64,000 nucleotides of DNA, from contig MCFE01000283.1 of the NCBI GenBank assembly GCA_002104905.1, forward strand, positions 39,449-103,448, given 5' to 3'. Positions 45,700 through 56,760 of the stretch are shown here, piece after piece. Source of the stretch: Basidiobolus meristosporus CBS 931.73. Taxonomy: Eukaryota; Fungi; Basidiobolomycota. Positions within the stretch are counted from its first letter, which is position 1. Each line of letters begins with the position of its first letter. The position numbers were made by a program, and so were the translations under genes. The notes under the pieces were generated by a model. It had not been told where the DNA came from. It was given only the letters and a program-made list of their open reading frames with translations, and made no database searches.

Positions 45700-47500
45700 A
45701 GGGGATGGTTATGGACCACTAAGAGGAGTGAATTAACAAATAATAGTCCAACCTTGAATACATGAGCACCATGGCAAAGAAATCCTGCTTATGTACTGTA
45801 CAACTGAGTGGTTGTGGCTTCATAGTGGCATACTGTCTCATATAGTGCAGTATGCTCCCAGGCTCTAGTATGCTTGGCCTTTTCCAAGAGATTCTTGGGC
45901 ATTGGTTGAAGAAAGTGAAGGTAGCTAGCATTTGGGACTATGACAATTAAACTCCACTTGCAGATGTCAGGGATGTCTTAGGGATAAGTTTGCAACCTGC
46001 TTGACCATGTAAGAAGTAATTTGATCCTACAGGTGGATCCAATCCATATTTGCCATCAGGATCCCACATTGACACCACTGCAATACTAGCAAGTACAAAC
46101 TTGTGCTGCTCTCAATTGACTTTTGGAGGCATTGTAATAGTATTGATGACTAGACTGTCTGATATGGTACAAAACTTGGCAGCACTTTGCAGTGTCTACA
46201 GTCCTAATACCACAAACATGTGGCTTCTGAGTGTAATACTTGTAAACTTGCTCTATGCCTTGCATTGCTGATAGAATATGCCTTTTACAAATGTACATCT
46301 AGCTGCCATCACATGGCAAAGAGTATCTGCCCAATATCTCAAAATACTCCCAGACTTCTGGCTAATAAACTTCCTTTCCCTACTCCATTCTGGTCCCCTG
46401 TATGTGTGTAATCCCATTCCTTTTTGTGTAAATTGCTTTTGAAACGGTATTCAAGTTGGCTGGCATGCAAGAGTTACCTGACATACCTTGATATGGTTGT
46501 CTTCAGAAGTAATACTTGGTTGTTGTGCCAAGCCAGGCATTGCCTTATCTGACTTACTCCACATTTACTGAGACTGTTGTGCTTCTCAATACAAAAGGGA
46601 TATTTGCTCACTTCTTTTCTACTGTACTTGATGTTCCTCCATAAGTCATTCTTTGGATTGCAGATGTACTTGAATGTAATTATTCTGATGGTACTTGAAT
46701 ATGACAGAACCTGTAATTTATTCTTCTTCCTATCTCCTTAAATATCCACACCTCAGGAGACTCTAGGTGAACATAAATCTATGTTCTCTAAGCATCTAGT
46801 AAAAGTAGAGAAACCATAAATCAGAGATTTATATGTGCATCCTTATGCTTGCAGCAAAGCCTCCCAAGTCTTGATGAAAGCTCCTTACCTAAAATCAGTA
46901 GATGCATCATATTGCCATTGGTTGGCAGCTCCTGGGCACTTTCTCCTACACTGTCAACATATGACACCCAATGCTTCCAATGAACTCCAGGTACCACAGC
47001 TGTGGATGGACAGTGAGATAAATATGTATCTAGATCCTCCAAAAGAATTAGGTGCCTTGTGGATAATAATGGACTTTGTCATACAAACATGTATCTTCAC
47101 TGAAATATTTTGTACCTAGTAATAAGTAATAGATGTGCTTACTGCTCTGACATTTATAGCAGTTAGATAGAGCATGTTTGGCCAGTACTCCATCTAGTAC
47201 CTCAGTACCTGAGCTTCAACTCAGGGGACAGCTGCTGAAAGTACATAAGCATACAAGTGTGCACCTGTAATAAGCAACAAAAGAGGCACTATTGGCAGGT
47301 TGTTAACTTTCCTTGCCACTAAAGTTTAATTGAATGCAATCTGGCAGTATAGATGACAAATGACATAAAGTCTCCTAGAGATGTTCTCTCAGCTTGGTAC
47401 TAAAGTAAACTACTTTGTAATCACATCATAGACTCCAAAACACATATGTACTCACAGACATATGGCATATCAGAGGTATAAAGATTATAAGCTCAATGCT
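45700..47500 (-). mobile_element. Degenerate CACTA-like transposase relic 3; limits approximate
   Basis: VPGVHWKHWVSYVDSVG (46821-47042) matches LPGVHSKHWESYVDIVG of 7605-8132. CpG-free. Confidence 0.55.
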
Positions 47501-47547
47501 CTGATACATGTATTGCCATGATGTAGTGTTTATAGCCAGAATACAAT

Positions 47548-48263
47548 AGACTTGTTCTGTTGGATAGTGCCACATTGATCCATGAGTGCCAAATGATGCC
47601 ATAGTGTGCCAGAGAGGCCAAGTGAGCCTATACTGGGCCACAGAGTGTGGAACATAGATCTGCATCTTCATGGAAAGCAGCCCCGGTGTTTCACCTATGA
47701 TGCAGGAGAAAATCCATTTTTTGATGTTTTTTTGTGGATCAATGTTGTGCAGGATGTGTAAGAGCACAGAAGAACTGAAGACATGCATCAGGTTCTCAAT
47801 ACCCATGGCACTCTGAATCTAGCTCCTGTGGCTTGTAGCATGTCACAACAATGCATGGCACTTATCTGGCACAATTAGTGCTTTGTATTGATCTTACTTT
47901 AGGGCTAGTATTTAAATATAGTGTCAGATAGTACCAGTGGACCAAGATAGTGCCATGCATTGTTGTGACATGTTACAAGCCACAGGAGCTAGATTCAGAG
48001 TGCCATGGGTATTGAGTACCAAATGCATATTTTCAATCCTTTTGTGCTCTTACACATCCCACACAACATTGACGTAAAAAAAAAGGTCAAAAAATGGATT
48101 TTCTCCAACACCATTGGTGAAACACAGGGGCTGCTTTGCATGAAAATGCAGATCTATATTTCACACTCTGTGGCCAAGTATAGGTTCACTTAGCCTCCCT
48201 GGCACACTATGGCATCATTTGGCACTCATGGCTCAATGTGGCACTATCCAACAGAACAAGTCT
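47548..48263. mobile_element. Fold-back MITE of the PHIS family (716 bp, ~322-bp inverted arms)
   Basis: The terminal 31 bp are perfectly inverted and 28 nt are identical to the left end of PHIS copy 2. TSD AAT (47545-47547 / 48264-48266). Arms 47548-47869 and 47942-48263. Confidence 0.9.
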
Positions 48264-48635
48264 AATTAGTGTGCAAAAAACTGATCTTCAACAGAGGGAT
48301 AGTTACCTAAGATGCATAAGGAGCACTTTTGTTGGCCTGGGCATCATATAAATGTGCACATACAACTTTAGAGCTGATGCTACCCATGAGAAGTGCACAC
48401 ATGATAGAAACTGCAAGATTTCTTGGCACTATTACTACAGGGAGGTAATATATGGATGACATTGAGCAGCTAAATAGGTGTATACCTTTAAAGCACTGTT
48501 GTATGTACTTCTTTCAATAGTTGTTGTCCATATATAATATCAAAGAATATAATCATTATATGGTAATATTGCTCTATAAGTAGCTTACAACATGGTAGTG
48601 CAAGATCAAACAACTCTGCAGACAAAGTAAGTCAG

Positions 48636-49333
48636 TGTTTTGTTTAAGAGAAAAGTGTAATAAGACTCTTGAATGGTTTAACTGAACCTAAGTGACAACT
48701 AAGTGCAGAATCTTAGAATTGTCAGAGAGTGGTGGAAATATCAGCAGAGAGGTTCTGGTCTAATATTGGTCTTGTATAAAGTTGGGTTTGGCTATAAAGG
48801 CAACAGAGTTGGTTTGCTATGCAGGCTAGGTTTGGTGTTTTTGGGAGTGCTAGATATGCTAGGCTTGGGTAGAAACTACAACAGAATTGCTAAATTCTTG
48901 ATTTGCTGAGACACAATCTTAATTTTGTTGAGACACACACTAAACCAAAAGGTTCAGTAAGCTTTGCTTATACTTTGCTGATCAAGTTGAATTAGTAAGT
49001 GCCAAGAGACTAGACTAATTGAAATCAGTTTGGATGCTGATGGGTGCATAAGATTAATGAAAACTGCATCACTGATCAGCTGATGTCTTGGTAACTGCTA
49101 AGTAGTTGGATAGATCTCAGATGACTAATCACTTGGAAAGGCTTAGTATATCAGTTGAGGACATAATGACCACATGAGAATTGATCAGGTGTGACAGCTG
49201 AAAATAGACTCTGAGAAGTGATAAATCAAACCATGACAGGGATTAGTTATGCTTGGGTTAGGGAAAATTAGTTAGAGTACCAGATTTTCTGACAAAGTAA
49301 AATTGGCTAGGTTTTAAATGTCAATGCACAGCA
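48636..49333. mobile_element. Solo LTR (698 bp), same family as 5314-6002
   Basis: TG...CA ends, TSD GTCAG (48631-48635 / 49334-49338), collinear with 5314-6002. Confidence 0.85.
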
Positions 49334-49795
49334 GTCAGTACCATGGGGTACCTGAAATATTTCAGAGGCACTGATGCACTGACCATTGGCCTCCTGTGCA
49401 TCCAGCCATGCACTCTGAAAGTATCCTCTCTCACATGCACTAGCCCAGGTTAAGTACATCATTGATCAAGAGTAACAAATTAAACAGTGGAAGTGCAAAG
49501 CTGGCATGCAACAGCCAAACTGGTAATATGGTAATACCTGCATAGTAATATTGGCAAAGTTTTAAAGGTTGATGAACAGCAGTCAGTACTACATAGGGTT
49601 CCTGAAATATTGCAGAGGTGCTGATGCATTGACCATTGGCCTCCTTTCTATCCAGCCTTGTATACTGAAAGTATCCTCTACCTCATACACCAGCCCAGGT
49701 CAAGTACATCATTGACTAAGAGTAACAAATAAAACATTGGAAGTGCAAAGCTGGTGTGCAACAGCCAAACTGGCTATATGGCAATACCTGCATGC
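49300..49795 (+). repeat. Degenerate tandem duplication, 2 x ~250 bp, including the last ~35 bp of the solo LTR
   Basis: cagcagtcagtac...aatacctgcat occurs at ~49329-49541 and ~49578-49791. Confidence 0.75.
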
Positions 49796-50915
49796 ACTTA
49801 ACATATTCTCAGCACAGCTGTATGCATTACTCTTGGATCAGAGGGAACAATGCACAGGTAGAGCAAAGGGAGCACTACCTTGCTGTTGTTATTCACTGAC
49901 ATGCAGCTATCATCACCCTATTTTGCTTGCATTGCTGATTTTACCTGTTACTTTCCAGGTATTTAGGATGACCTTTTTGGCAGTAAGTGCTTACCTATGG
50001 AGGTCATCAGGGGTCTGTTGACCAGCATAAGCACTTACTGTAAGCCCATTTGGTGCTGCTCTTGAACTCCAGTACAGAAACTAGTTCACAATGAAAAATA
50101 GCTGCCAGATAGCTTAGTTGGATAATGTATACTATTGTTGATGCTTTTTGCATCCTTCTCATCTTACTTATAGTGTTTATGCTTTGAGAAAAGAACAAGA
50201 AAGGACCTTCTGAATACCATTACATGTCAGTTGAGTTCCAGGTCTCACTAAACTTACAGCTGTCAACATGTATAGTAATAGCTATTTGGCAGACTTACTT
50301 TTCAGTTAGAGACAAGACTAACTAGTATTCATACCAAATTTGATCATCAACTACTCTCTACTTGCCCCTAAAGTGCAGCTAGAAATCCAAAGGAAAAGCA
50401 CCAGCAGAATGCCTGCAGCATATCATTGGAATACCAGCAGAATGCCAGCTGATTATTAGATGAATTCTAGGTCTGAGATATCTCAAAGGGATGTGACATC
50501 TATGCTTTCTGTACACCTAGATTGTGATTTACAAATCTTTAAGAGCTCTAGCAATTGACCTTGTAAGAGTCACTCAGCACAAGTATCAAATACCTAAGAC
50601 ATGAAATAACTGAGAGTTGTCATAACAGCCCCAAACTTTGCACACATATTCTTGGAACCATCATAATTGCATTCTTCATGTTTGCATTGTTAAGACCATG
50701 GTGAAGTAAAGATGATACTCTTATATTTGATGAATGATTAGGAGCAGACCGCAAATTCTGCTTGTTCTCCCATTCACTTCCAGTATCTCTGAGACTCTTG
50801 AAACATTATACTCTATAATCTGCACAACCACTCTTATTTTTATCAAATTTGCTTATGCTCAGCTATTTGTGTCCTCACAAGAGCCTAAATCCTTCTTAGT
50901 TTGACTTTTGAATAA

Positions 50916-51485
50916 GTTAACAGTTGGGTAGAGTGGTGTCTTTCTGTATCTCAAGCTTCTGGAGAACTGATTGGTTGAAGGCTTCAGTAGTGGGTCACTT
51001 CTGATGATTTCTATCCATGTTTTTTGGAGCCTAGTGTTGACATGGGCATCTTCAAGTAATTGTGAGATGTCAAGGTTATTAAAGACTTGGGGAATGCGTG
51101 AGGCTGGCAACAGAGCAACGAAAACCAAGCACACTGGAGCAGTCTGAGTGGATGGTCATCAGTAGGCGCTACAACAAAGTGAGACTATCGACTTACTCTT
51201 TTCCGATTTTTATACAAAGTTGTGTGCCCGCTTAAACATTCCGTTATGAATTTGATTTTAAAGATCAGAAAATTGTAGTCGTAATCAAACAAGTGTGTCA
51301 TTTTGCAAACAAAATTTTAAGCATTTTTCCTTTCAAAGTGATTTTGTAGCAATATAGATTGATATTTTGATTTGATTTTTGAACGATAGTTGGATAACAG
51401 CAAGCGGTCAGAATGAGCGTACTGGGAATGTACTATATACATAATCCTGTAAAGTACAGATGCTCTCTATTTATAGGAAAAAATT
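50916..51485. repeat. Dispersed repeat of unknown class, copy 1 (copy 2 at ~63185-63990)
   Basis: Long collinear match, e.g. cagttgggtagagtgg...gggaatgtactatatacataatcctgtaaagtacag...ctatttataggaaaaaa. Confidence 0.8.
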
Positions 51486-51929
51486 CGTTGGAAATTTTCT
51501 CGCATTTCGTTGCCTAATCCCATAATATTGAAATCGACGAAACTAAATGTATTATATGTACTGTCGTAGACGGCAAACATTGACTATGAAATAACCAGTG
51601 CCATTCCTGTGTGCACGCATCGTAGTACGAGTCGTTTTGCGTCTCACGAATAAGACAATCGTATGTTGACTTAAACGGCAATTTAACTCCCAAAATCGAT
51701 ACATTTATTTTAAAGTTCGATGGAGTAAGTATATAAACATTGAAACTGGCGCTCACAAGAGCTTACTGACATCCTAAAGTATCTTCAAATGTGGAGCGCT
51801 CCCATTTCTTTTGGTGTCTGTCGATTTTTTTGGACCAGTACACTGTATCTGCGATGGATTGATATTCAATGAGACTGTGAGAGTAGAGTAGTCGTGCAAA
51901 GAATGATTATTTGTTTTGCCTACCCAACA

Positions 51930-52376
51930 TCCTCAGTTTAGGTTGATTTATCTGTTGGGGGGAATTGTCTCTGCCAAGGGGTTGTGTATTGTACGACTTG
52001 AGTGGACTGCGTCAGAACGTAGCGATATGAAGAGCTATTATCTGGATTTTCGCTCCCTTTTGCTTGGCATATTCCAGCGCGTTGGCCCCACCCTCCAGGT
52101 CGAGAATGGGTCCTGCTTGATACTTGACATTGAAGCCTTTATTGCTGTTGGCATTAGCAATGTTCAGGTTATTGTGGTTTCTGGTCACGGTGGTCAAACC
52201 TGGCACAATAGCGGGGATTGAACATTGGACGACTTAACAACGTTTTGGTAGCAATCATTCGCATACTGTACACATGGTAAACTGCGATAATGAACCCTTC
52301 CATACTCGCGAGTGCATGGAGAGTAACCGCTGATTGCGGCAAGGTCTAGAATCACTGCTACGGTAATAAAGCGCAT
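51930..52376 (-). pseudogene. Family A pseudogene, closest to 53829-54326
   Basis: MRFITVAVILDLAA... with a deletion at the signal-peptide end. Frameshift near 52200. The core NLNIANANSNKGFNVKYQAGP...EYAKQKGA is retained. Confidence 0.8.
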
Positions 52377-52559
52377 GTGGAGTGAATAACGTATTTGTGG
52401 GCTGGTATATAGGCTTGGCTGGACAAATTGCTATAACTTATTTCATGGATTAATCAGGTCATTACTCACACTATCGCTATGATACTTATATGCTGCCCTT
52501 GTATATTGTTGATGTGACACCACTTTGTGCTGCATATCCAATACTATACGAGATAATCC

Positions 52560-53009
52560 CTACTCCACCATGCCACTAAATTCCTTGAAAGTTACTGTTT
52601 CCGCACTTGCTCCTCTCCCGCAGCAATCTTTGTTACAACCGCAAATATCATTACCGCCCTTTTGCTGGGTAACCCCACAGACTAGGCTTAAGTTCTCCCG
52701 GCTTTTTCTGTCTTCTAAAAGCAATCCAGGGCGACAAAAAATATGTCGATCCCATGAGTTGCATCAAGAACACGCTTTGCCACGCTTCCACTCTGTGTAC
52801 CTAGGCTTTGAGAAAGCTCCTGGATCATCCTCACGCATTCTGCGAACCTTACTTCCTGTCCAGAATGAAGATGGAAATTCTTCACTACACGCCTTTACGT
52901 TTTTATATAGCTCTACATACTCGGGGGTTGCCGTAGTATTGTGTTGGTTGCGTTCAAGAGGAGCGGCAAAAGAGGATGCAAGTATCAAAGCACTGGCTAA
53001 GAGGATATC
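52560..53009 (-). pseudogene. Cys-rich secreted protein pseudogene (family D, ~148 codons)
   Basis: TATAAA upstream and signal-like ILLASALILASSFA/APLER, but no in-frame ATG (aagATATC, possibly ATGATC minus one G). In-frame TGA at 52764-52766, after which the frame continues CNSWDRHIFC...ICGCNKDCC...MVE* to 52560. Confidence 0.6.
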
Positions 53010-53357
53010 TTGAGTAGACACTCCTCTACGGCCTTTATATTCGTAATTATACCTTCTTGGTTTATAAGTCACACAACATGCAACTTTAATATTAATCACG
53101 TTTGGGATTTAAACAGTCTAGTTCATCCGGTATAAAGTAGTACTTTTCTTGGATTGGATTCATTACTAAGCCATATCTCTTACATTTGTGCATCGATAAC
53201 AACAGTGTCTTGAACGACCATTACTCACTACTCAGTATCATCTAGACAATTACGACAAAACAATAGGTAAAGATACTTTATGATGCTTGCTTCGAGTGAT
53301 GGTAGTACTTCAAGAATATTTCCTTTTAAACCCTTTCGTAAGGTCTAAGTACAAGCT

Positions 53358-53439
53358 GGTGAGGTGGCCGAGTGGTCTAAGGCGCTGCGTTCAGGTCGCA
53401 GTCTCTTCGGAGGCGTGGGTTCGAACCCCACCCTCATCA
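53358..53439 (+). tRNA. tRNA-Leu(CAG), 82 nt, intronless, long variable arm
   Basis: Acceptor stem GGTGAGG/CCTCATC, anticodon arm CTGCG-TTCAGGT-CGCAG (CAG at 53392-53394), T arm GTGGG-TTCGAAC-CCCAC, discriminator A, no encoded CCA, TTTT at 53444-53447. Confidence 0.97.
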
Positions 53440-53828
53440 TCCATTTTACTCTTAGCTTGCACAAAAATGATAAGAGGAAATATCACAATGCTAACAGTCA
53501 TTGGGCAGTCTGTCAATCTCGAATCTTTGTATTACCAAAGTCAATCCGGTAACCCTGCCAGACATTCTCTCTAATATCAACCTTTTCGGTGGAGGGCAGC
53601 ATCACTAAAGACTGAGGGTGAGTATGTTAGTACGTAAGCGAATATCTAATATTAATGCCCGCAGTTCTGATAATGATACAGGTGTGTGCAAGCAAAGAGC
53701 ACTGGAGACACAGTTAATGATAATCACAAGTAACAACAAATATAAGAATGTCATTTCAATTTTATTGATTGAAGATTTTCAGTAATAGTGTGGTGATGGC
53801 TGCCTACATTTGAAGCATTGTCACCGCA

Positions 53829-54326
53829 CTAATTGTATTGAACATTTTGCTCTGGGCAATCTTCTACGCATTGCATTTCTGCGACAGGGGCCGTGTATTG
53901 TACATCTTGAGTGGGCTGCATCAGAACGTAGGGAGAGAAAGAACTATCTTCCGAGTGTTCCGCTCCCTTTTGCTTGGCGTATTCTAATGCGTTGGCCCCA
54001 CCCTCCAGTTCGAGACTGGGCCCTGCTTGATACTTGACATCGAAGCCTTTGTTGCTGTTGGCGTTAGCAATGTTCAGGTTATCGTGCTTTCTGGTCACCG
54101 TGGTGAAAACCTGGCGCAATAACGGGGATTGGACATTCGTCGTCTTAACGACAGGCAAAACTCGAGCGTTTTGGTAGCAATCGCTCGCATACTGTGCACA
54201 TGGTAAGCTGCGATAATGCACCCTTCTATACTCGCGAGTGCATGGAGAAGAACAGCCGATTGGGGCAGCAACGGCAACTTGAAGAGCGGCAAGGCCTAGA
54301 ATCACTGCTACGGTAGTAGAGCGCAT
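53829..54326 (-). CDS. Diverged family A secreted protein, 165 aa (one C-terminal Cys repeat)
   Basis: Signal peptide MRSTTVAVILGLAALQVAVA, the same four N-terminal Cys and core as the array copies, and the same promoter 14-mer at -42. The TAG is followed in frame by CGDN, so it may be a recent truncation. Confidence 0.85.
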   Translation of the reverse strand: MRSTTVAVILGLAALQVAVAAPIGCSSPCTREYRRVHYRSLPCAQYASDCYQNARVLPVVKTTNVQSPLLRQVFTTVTRKHDNLNIANANSNKGFDVKYQAGPSLELEGGANALEYAKQKGAEHSEDSSFSPYVLMQPTQDVQYTAPVAEMQCVEDCPEQNVQYN

Positions 54327-54678
54327 GCTGAAGAATAGCTGAGAAATGAGTTAGTTGCATAGGCCGCTATATAGCATGGGAGGCTATATAATAAGGTTAA
54401 GTCGAGGGCATAAAGTGAGTCTTGTTACATTCTATAGACTTTATTGAGGAAGCCTGTAACATATAAAACACATGCACTGGAATGACAGCCTCTGTATATA
54501 TATATGGCTCTATCACCGCTGCCCATACTTCTCTTCAATACTCACAATGACATTGTGTACAACGATAAGTGCCACTGTTTCTGTGTGTGCATATCAGCAA
54601 ATTCTTGAGTACTGTACATCATCAGTATACCGAGTAATATGTTGCTCATTTTATTTCGTAAATTTACTTTCACTAGAC

Positions 54679-55203
54679 TTAATATCTGTTTCCACTGAAA
54701 TATCTAACTTTGAAGTGGCGACGAGCAGATCTCTTATACTTCTTGTACCCACCTCTAAGCGCACGCGCTGCTGGCTGAGTGATGATAATTTGTGGCTGTT
54801 GCTGCTTGGGCTGGTACAGGGTTTGGTCGATGACTTGCGCTTGGTCGAACTGGTTTGAGTTGGACAAGGCATTGGCTTTACTGGAGGAATGGCCATTGAT
54901 TTTGTCCAGCAAGGCTTGGGATGGTTGAAGATTGGAAATATCGAACCCTTGCAACCCAGAGGATCCTGGCTGCTCACCCGAAGTCTCGCTTGTCTGCATT
55001 GGCTCACTCATCTCCGAATCATCACCCTCCTCACTTGACGGCTGGTATTCTTGACTGGGGGCCGAAGTGTCCTGATAACAAGCACCCTGTTGTTCGACGC
55101 ATGGCTCATTGGTGAAGGCTACCTGGGAGTCACCGAGTGGGGTAGCGGAGATTGCTTGCAACGAAGCGATGGCGGAAACTAGCAAGAGGAAGGAAAGCTG
55201 CAT
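54679..55203 (-). CDS. Diverged family B secreted protein, 174 aa
   Basis: Start chosen at MQLSFLLL (55203) because TATAAA lies 36 nt upstream, as in B at 31731. Core ALSNSNQFDQAQVIDQTLYQPKQQQPQIIITQP and tail KKYKRSARRHFKVRYFSGNRY are conserved. Confidence 0.85.
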   Translation of the reverse strand: MQLSFLLLVSAIASLQAISATPLGDSQVAFTNEPCVEQQGACYQDTSAPSQEYQPSSEEGDDSEMSEPMQTSETSGEQPGSSGLQGFDISNLQPSQALLDKINGHSSSKANALSNSNQFDQAQVIDQTLYQPKQQQPQIIITQPAARALRGGYKKYKRSARRHFKVRYFSGNRY

Positions 55204-56541
55204 GACTGGCTGGTGGAGTCTCATGCGAATTTTGCCGATTTATATCACCTCGATCCCACTCAATTAGGCTTCGTTCATAGCACTTGCTTTATGCGAGCTA
55301 GATTGATTTAACCTTTGCTACTTTACCTCTTCGTACCAAGGCTACACAGTATAGGTTGCACTTCAAAGTGTGAAGAATGAGGGAGATCTGGTCAATGATA
55401 TCCTTAATATCGTTCAAAATTCTCTCAGTTTTTGCAATAACTATCCGTGTTAGTAAGGACTTCGGTAATTTTTTACTAATGAGCTTAAGTGTTACCGTCG
55501 AGAAAGTCCAAGGTCATTGCGGTCAATTTCAATGGGGTTTGGTACTCCTTTGTATCAGTGTAGTACTGTGAGCTTAACATGCACTTTTGGCATTGTTATT
55601 CCATCTTTAAGGCAAGTATCTCTTACGATAGTCCTGTCATTGCCTGGAAGGTATTGTCCTTTGGTAGTGCTGTTTTCTTGCTATACACATGCTTAAATAT
55701 ATTGCTGATCTGACCCTGCCGCAACTGGAGAGCAGCCACCACAGTCAAGCTTTGGGGCAGGCGTATCAAATTAACCTGTTATTACAAGAACCTAGGGTTG
55801 TCGCTGATTGGTGAACAATACGACTGTCTTGGGGTGTACAGCACAGTACAGGCAAGAATAAATTGATCAGCTGTTTGCCAAGAGTTGGGGATATTGAGTG
55901 GATAGTGCTTGGGATAGTTGAGGCTGCCTTGGAATTTCTTGTTGTAGTACACGCGTTTTCAATTAGTTATTTGTCAAGAAACAAGCCAAATGTGCCTGTT
56001 CACTTTATTTGTGTTACGCATTATCTATGCTGCTACCATTGATAGCTTGGATGGCGATGCTTTCTTGCAAGACACATGCACTTATCTATTGCAAACTTTA
56101 CCCTGCCACAGATGGAGTACAGCGTCGGATTAAGAGCTCAGCCACCGACTACCACGGTCATTCTTTTGGGCAGGTAGATTATATAACCTGTTATTTCAAG
56201 AACAGACTCATTGCTGATTGGTGCAAATCCTTGTCACCAATGACCGGCATGGTGCATAGAGACGGTGCCGGCATGAAGGAAATATTCATGGATGTGTTTA
56301 GCTAGTACTGGTTTCCTCAGGTAATATTGCAGATTTGGCCTCAACTGTAACCATTCATGATTTCTGGATCATTTCTCCAAGCTTGGCCTAAGACTCAGCA
56401 CTTTAGGTGGGAAGCCGCTATACTTAGTAGAAAAGGGCACATGAAGCAGCCAACACTAAGCCACCACTTGGATAAGGTGATATAAAGCAGCAGGTGTGGG
56501 CTTGTTAGTCTCAAGACTTATTGCACTCCACTTCCTCAGCC

Positions 56542-56760
56542 ATGGTATCCGATCAAGAAGCCCGTTTGTATTCTGCCGATGTCAGAGAAGAAATTGCCAG
56601 AGCCAAGAGAGCTAACAACGGAAACTACGCCTCAGTCACAGTCAAAGGGATTCGCTGGACTTGGAGAGGACCCGGAACTGGCGAGCTGTCCTTCAAGCAG
56701 ATCCTCGAAGGGAGAAAGGGGACCGCCTGCGTGGATAGCCAGACTTGGATAATCTCGTAG
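56542..56760 (+). CDS. Small orphan protein, 72 aa (MVSDQEARLYSADVREEIAR...), copy 1
   Basis: TATAAAG ~60 nt upstream, GCCATGG start context, duplicated at 57520. Confidence 0.5.
   Translation: MVSDQEARLYSADVREEIARAKRANNGNYASVTVKGIRWTWRGPGTGELSFKQILEGRKGTACVDSQTWIIS

Noticed and set aside
52764-52766. In-frame TGA in family D as selenocysteine
   Set aside because: The start codon is also damaged, the context (CS*C) is not a CxxU redox motif, and I could not fold a convincing SECIS downstream.
55560-56230. Two weakly similar ~170-bp segments (55680-55850, 56060-56225), one preceded by a signal-like MCLFTLFVLRIIYAA
   Set aside because: Frames are broken differently in each copy and the similarity is too low to define a gene.
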